Source of the DNA: Centroscyllium fabricii
Lineage: Eukaryota
NCBI GenBank assembly: GCA_051313645.2
Contig: JBNRSN020000029.1
Coordinates: forward strand, 40,982,001-41,046,000
Reading direction: 5' to 3'
Length of the DNA stretch: 64,000 nt
Part shown: positions 61,310-64,000 of the stretch, in pieces
Position numbering within the stretch: position 1 is the stretch's first letter
Layout: the number at the start of each line of letters is the position of its first letter
Notes under the pieces: generated by a model
Told to the model about the DNA's origin: nothing
What the model saw: the letters and a program-made list of their open reading frames with translations, nothing else
Database searches by the model: none
Translations under genes and position numbers: made by a program

Positions 61310-62160
61310 ACAAATATAAACCTGGGAGATTCAGGAAGGATATATTGGCCGTGGAGGGAGTGCAGCATCGTGTTACCAGATGATACCCGAGCAATCGTGG
61401 AGAGATTACACAAATTAGGGTTGCATTACTTAAAATTTAGTAATGCAAGAAGTCACACAACACCAAATTATCGTCCAACAGTTTTATTTTAAATCACAAG
61501 CTTTCGGAGCTTTTGAAATCTCTTGAAACATGTTGATACACCTCTGTGTGCTCTGTCTGTCTCTGCTGAGGTGAGATGTGGGAGATATCGGGTTTCTCCC
61601 TTCGTCCCATATGTGCGTTCTTTAGGCCAGTCTCTCTTTCGCCTGACGAAGGGGCAAAAGCTCCGACAGCTTGTGATTTAAAATAAAACTGTTGGACTAT
61701 AATCTGGTGTTGTGTGACTTCTTGCATTTGTCCACCACAGTCCAACACCGGCACCTCCACATCATAGAATTTAGTAAGGGGTGATTTTATTGATGTTTTC
61801 AAGATATTGAAGAGAACAGAAACGACCGATAGAAAGAAACGATTTCCGCTGACTGGGGAGTATAGGACGAGGGAGCATATCCTAAACATTAGAGACAGAC
61901 CTTTCAGGAAAACAATTGGAAACACTTCTACACACAAGCGGTGGTAGAATTTTGGAACTTTCTCCTGCAGATGTCAGTTGATGCTAGGTCAATTGATGAT
62001 TTTAAATCGGAGATTGGAAGATATTCGTTAACAAATATTATTACAGTTTATCGGCCATAGGCAGGTATATGGAGTTAGATCGCAGATCACTCGTGATCTG
62101 ATTGAGTGGCAGAGCAGGATCGAGGGGCTACAAGGCCTAGGCCTTTTCCTATGCTCATAT
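61310..62160 (+). mobile_element. old CR1 3' fragment interrupted by a Penelope-like insert
   Basis: GGAGGGAGTGCAG..GGGGTGATTTTATTGATGTTTTCAAGAT..GGGGAGTATAGGACGAGGG..CR1-type tail. Confidence 0.7.
61442..61763. mobile_element. Penelope-like inverted-end insertion with hammerhead motif
   Basis: About 74-bp inverted repeat (61442-61515 versus 61655-61728); CTGACGA-AGGGGC-AAAA-GCTCC-GACA at 61643-61668. Confidence 0.7.
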
Positions 62161-62876
62161 GATTTTGTCTGTATTGTTTCGTAGCAGTACCTCGAATTTA
62201 TAAGCCAGGTGTACCGCTTTTAAGATGACAAGTAATGAATGTTTCAGTATTCAAAATATTGCTGCTATCAGACAAAAGGCCGATTTGTATTTACTCCTCC
62301 ATATACAGTATATCGAGGGAGCTCTTTCAGTCGATCACATGACATATATTGTAAATACGTGTTTCCAGCAGATTAGGTTATTCATACAGGAAGAAAGCGA
62401 TCGTGTTCTTTATCACAGCTTTTCTTTGCTTTTCGAAATCGTGGTAACTTCTTATTTTTATTACTGGGATGAAAAATAGATTCAGAATATGGAATTGGAC
62501 TATTATCGCCGCTAGAATTTTTTTTAATATACTTTATATCAAATACGTCATTTTATTTTATTTGTATAATGAACTGTTCTTTTATGTAACTGAATGGTAT
62601 GTATGTTGTTAATCCTTTTAAAATGAGTTGTGGGCAATACAGCAATGTCCTCTGTTCCCTGATTCCCTATGAGTGAGGAAGTCAAAGGAGCACCGCCCCA
62701 CGTGATCCCAGGTTCACATGTACACAGCGGTGTTCTCTGTGCACAACTCCTCAGCATTTGATTGCAAGTTATCGACGCAGGATTCTGATGATTCTTACGA
62801 AATATAGCGGCGTATTCCGTTTCTATGCTGCCAGCAGCGAACCCAGTGCCGACTATAATAATGCCACCTAGATAGT

Positions 62877-63690
62877 GGGCCTGATTTTCCGAACGGAGGC
62901 TTCCTGCGTCCGGAGGCTTCACAGAATCATGGAACCCCTACAGTGCAGATAGAGGCCATTTAGGCCCATCGAACCTGCATCGACACATATCCCATCCTAT
63001 TCCCGTAACCCCACATATTTAATCCCCCTAACACTAAGGGTCAATTTATCCTGGCCAATCAACCTAACCCGCACATCTTCGGACTGTGGGAGGAAACCAG
63101 AGCACCCGGAGGAAACCCACAAAGACCCGGAGAGAATTTGCAAACTCCACACAGTCACCCTTGCCGGATTTGAAACCGTGCCCCTGGCGCTGTGAGGAAA
63201 CAGTACTAACCACTATGCCACCGTGCCGCCCACTTCAGATCTGGAAATATCTACGAATTTACCTGAGGGCTGCCGAGGTCTGGACACTTCTGCTCCTGGG
63301 CCTCTCCAAACTCGAACTGCACAGGGCCCACGTTTACCAGGAGCCGATGGAGTTCGCAAGTGTCCCTGAGATCAAGTGGGCCTAGGAGAACCAACAGGAG
63401 AAAGGAATCTCACTTCATCAACTTGACAGATCGAACTGTCTAATATATGAATGGAAATCGCCCCAAAAATACAATGAAACATTAAATAAATTTAAGCACG
63501 TTTTTAGAAGAGTTGAAATTACAATACATTTAATTATTTAAATAAAATTTTAATTTTTGAAAATAATTAAAGATTTTTACGGGTCTAAAATCAGCCTACC
63601 TCTTTCAAAAATATTTTTGAATTATAAATGAGTTGAAAACATTTTTAAAACATTTTTTACCAACTCTTGTGTTGGTAAAACCTTTTTTTA
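62877..63690. mobile_element. MITE copy (truncated) split by a SINE
   Basis: GGGCCTGATTTTCCG start; resumes at 63231 with similarity to 30-480. Confidence 0.6.
62921..63230 (-). mobile_element. HE1/V-SINE-type SINE (variant tail)
   Basis: Core GGAGGAAACCAGAGCACCCGGAGGAAACCCAC; head CACTATGCCACCGTGCCGCC. Confidence 0.85.
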
Positions 63691-64000
63691 AATTGTTACG
63701 ATAGAAAAGAATCAGCGGAGCAGGATTGAATACCTTTCGCTGCTTAACGGTAGCAGTACGTCTACAGGACGAGAAACGAGCACAGAGTCAGTTGATGAGC
63801 TCAATGCGCTTTACTGGGACTGACTACATATTATGACAATAGCACAAAGCAGACTTCAAAGAATAACTAAAGTGAATGTGGGGAAAGTTAACTAAGTATA
63901 TGTGTGAAGAAATGCTTTCAATTACATTGATGTTAAGCGTTGTTGGTAGGATGTTACTGGTAATTAGGATTTTAAAAGCGTATTGAGCGCTATAAGGAAG

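Overview
Vertebrate genomic DNA, almost certainly from a cartilaginous fish (shark or ray), judged from HE1/V-SINE-type SINEs with CR1-like tails and elasmobranch-style CR1/L2 LINEs. Most of the window is transposable element. It holds (i) a young full-length Tf1/sushi-type chromovirus LTR retrotransposon (9734-15251) with self-priming and frameshift signals; (ii) an older CsRn1-like Gypsy element on the minus strand (18704-22869); (iii) a non-coding LTR element (41333-43626) with 1.06-kb LTRs and a 164-bp core that keeps a co-varied self-priming signal and other cis-elements of the sushi element; (iv) a decayed two-gene PIF/Harbinger transposon, a second Myb/SANT relic and about ten related MITE-like copies, two with clear AAT target duplications; (v) many CR1/L2 LINE fragments, SINEs, Penelope-like ends with hammerhead motifs and a 5S-derived insert. 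Between the repeats, the minus strand carries a series of 15-57-nt, phase-1, frame-preserving candidate micro-exons, some clearly paralogous. These suggest the window lies inside an unidentified host gene that the ORF track cannot see. All alignments and counts were done by eye, and boundaries of old repeats are approximate.
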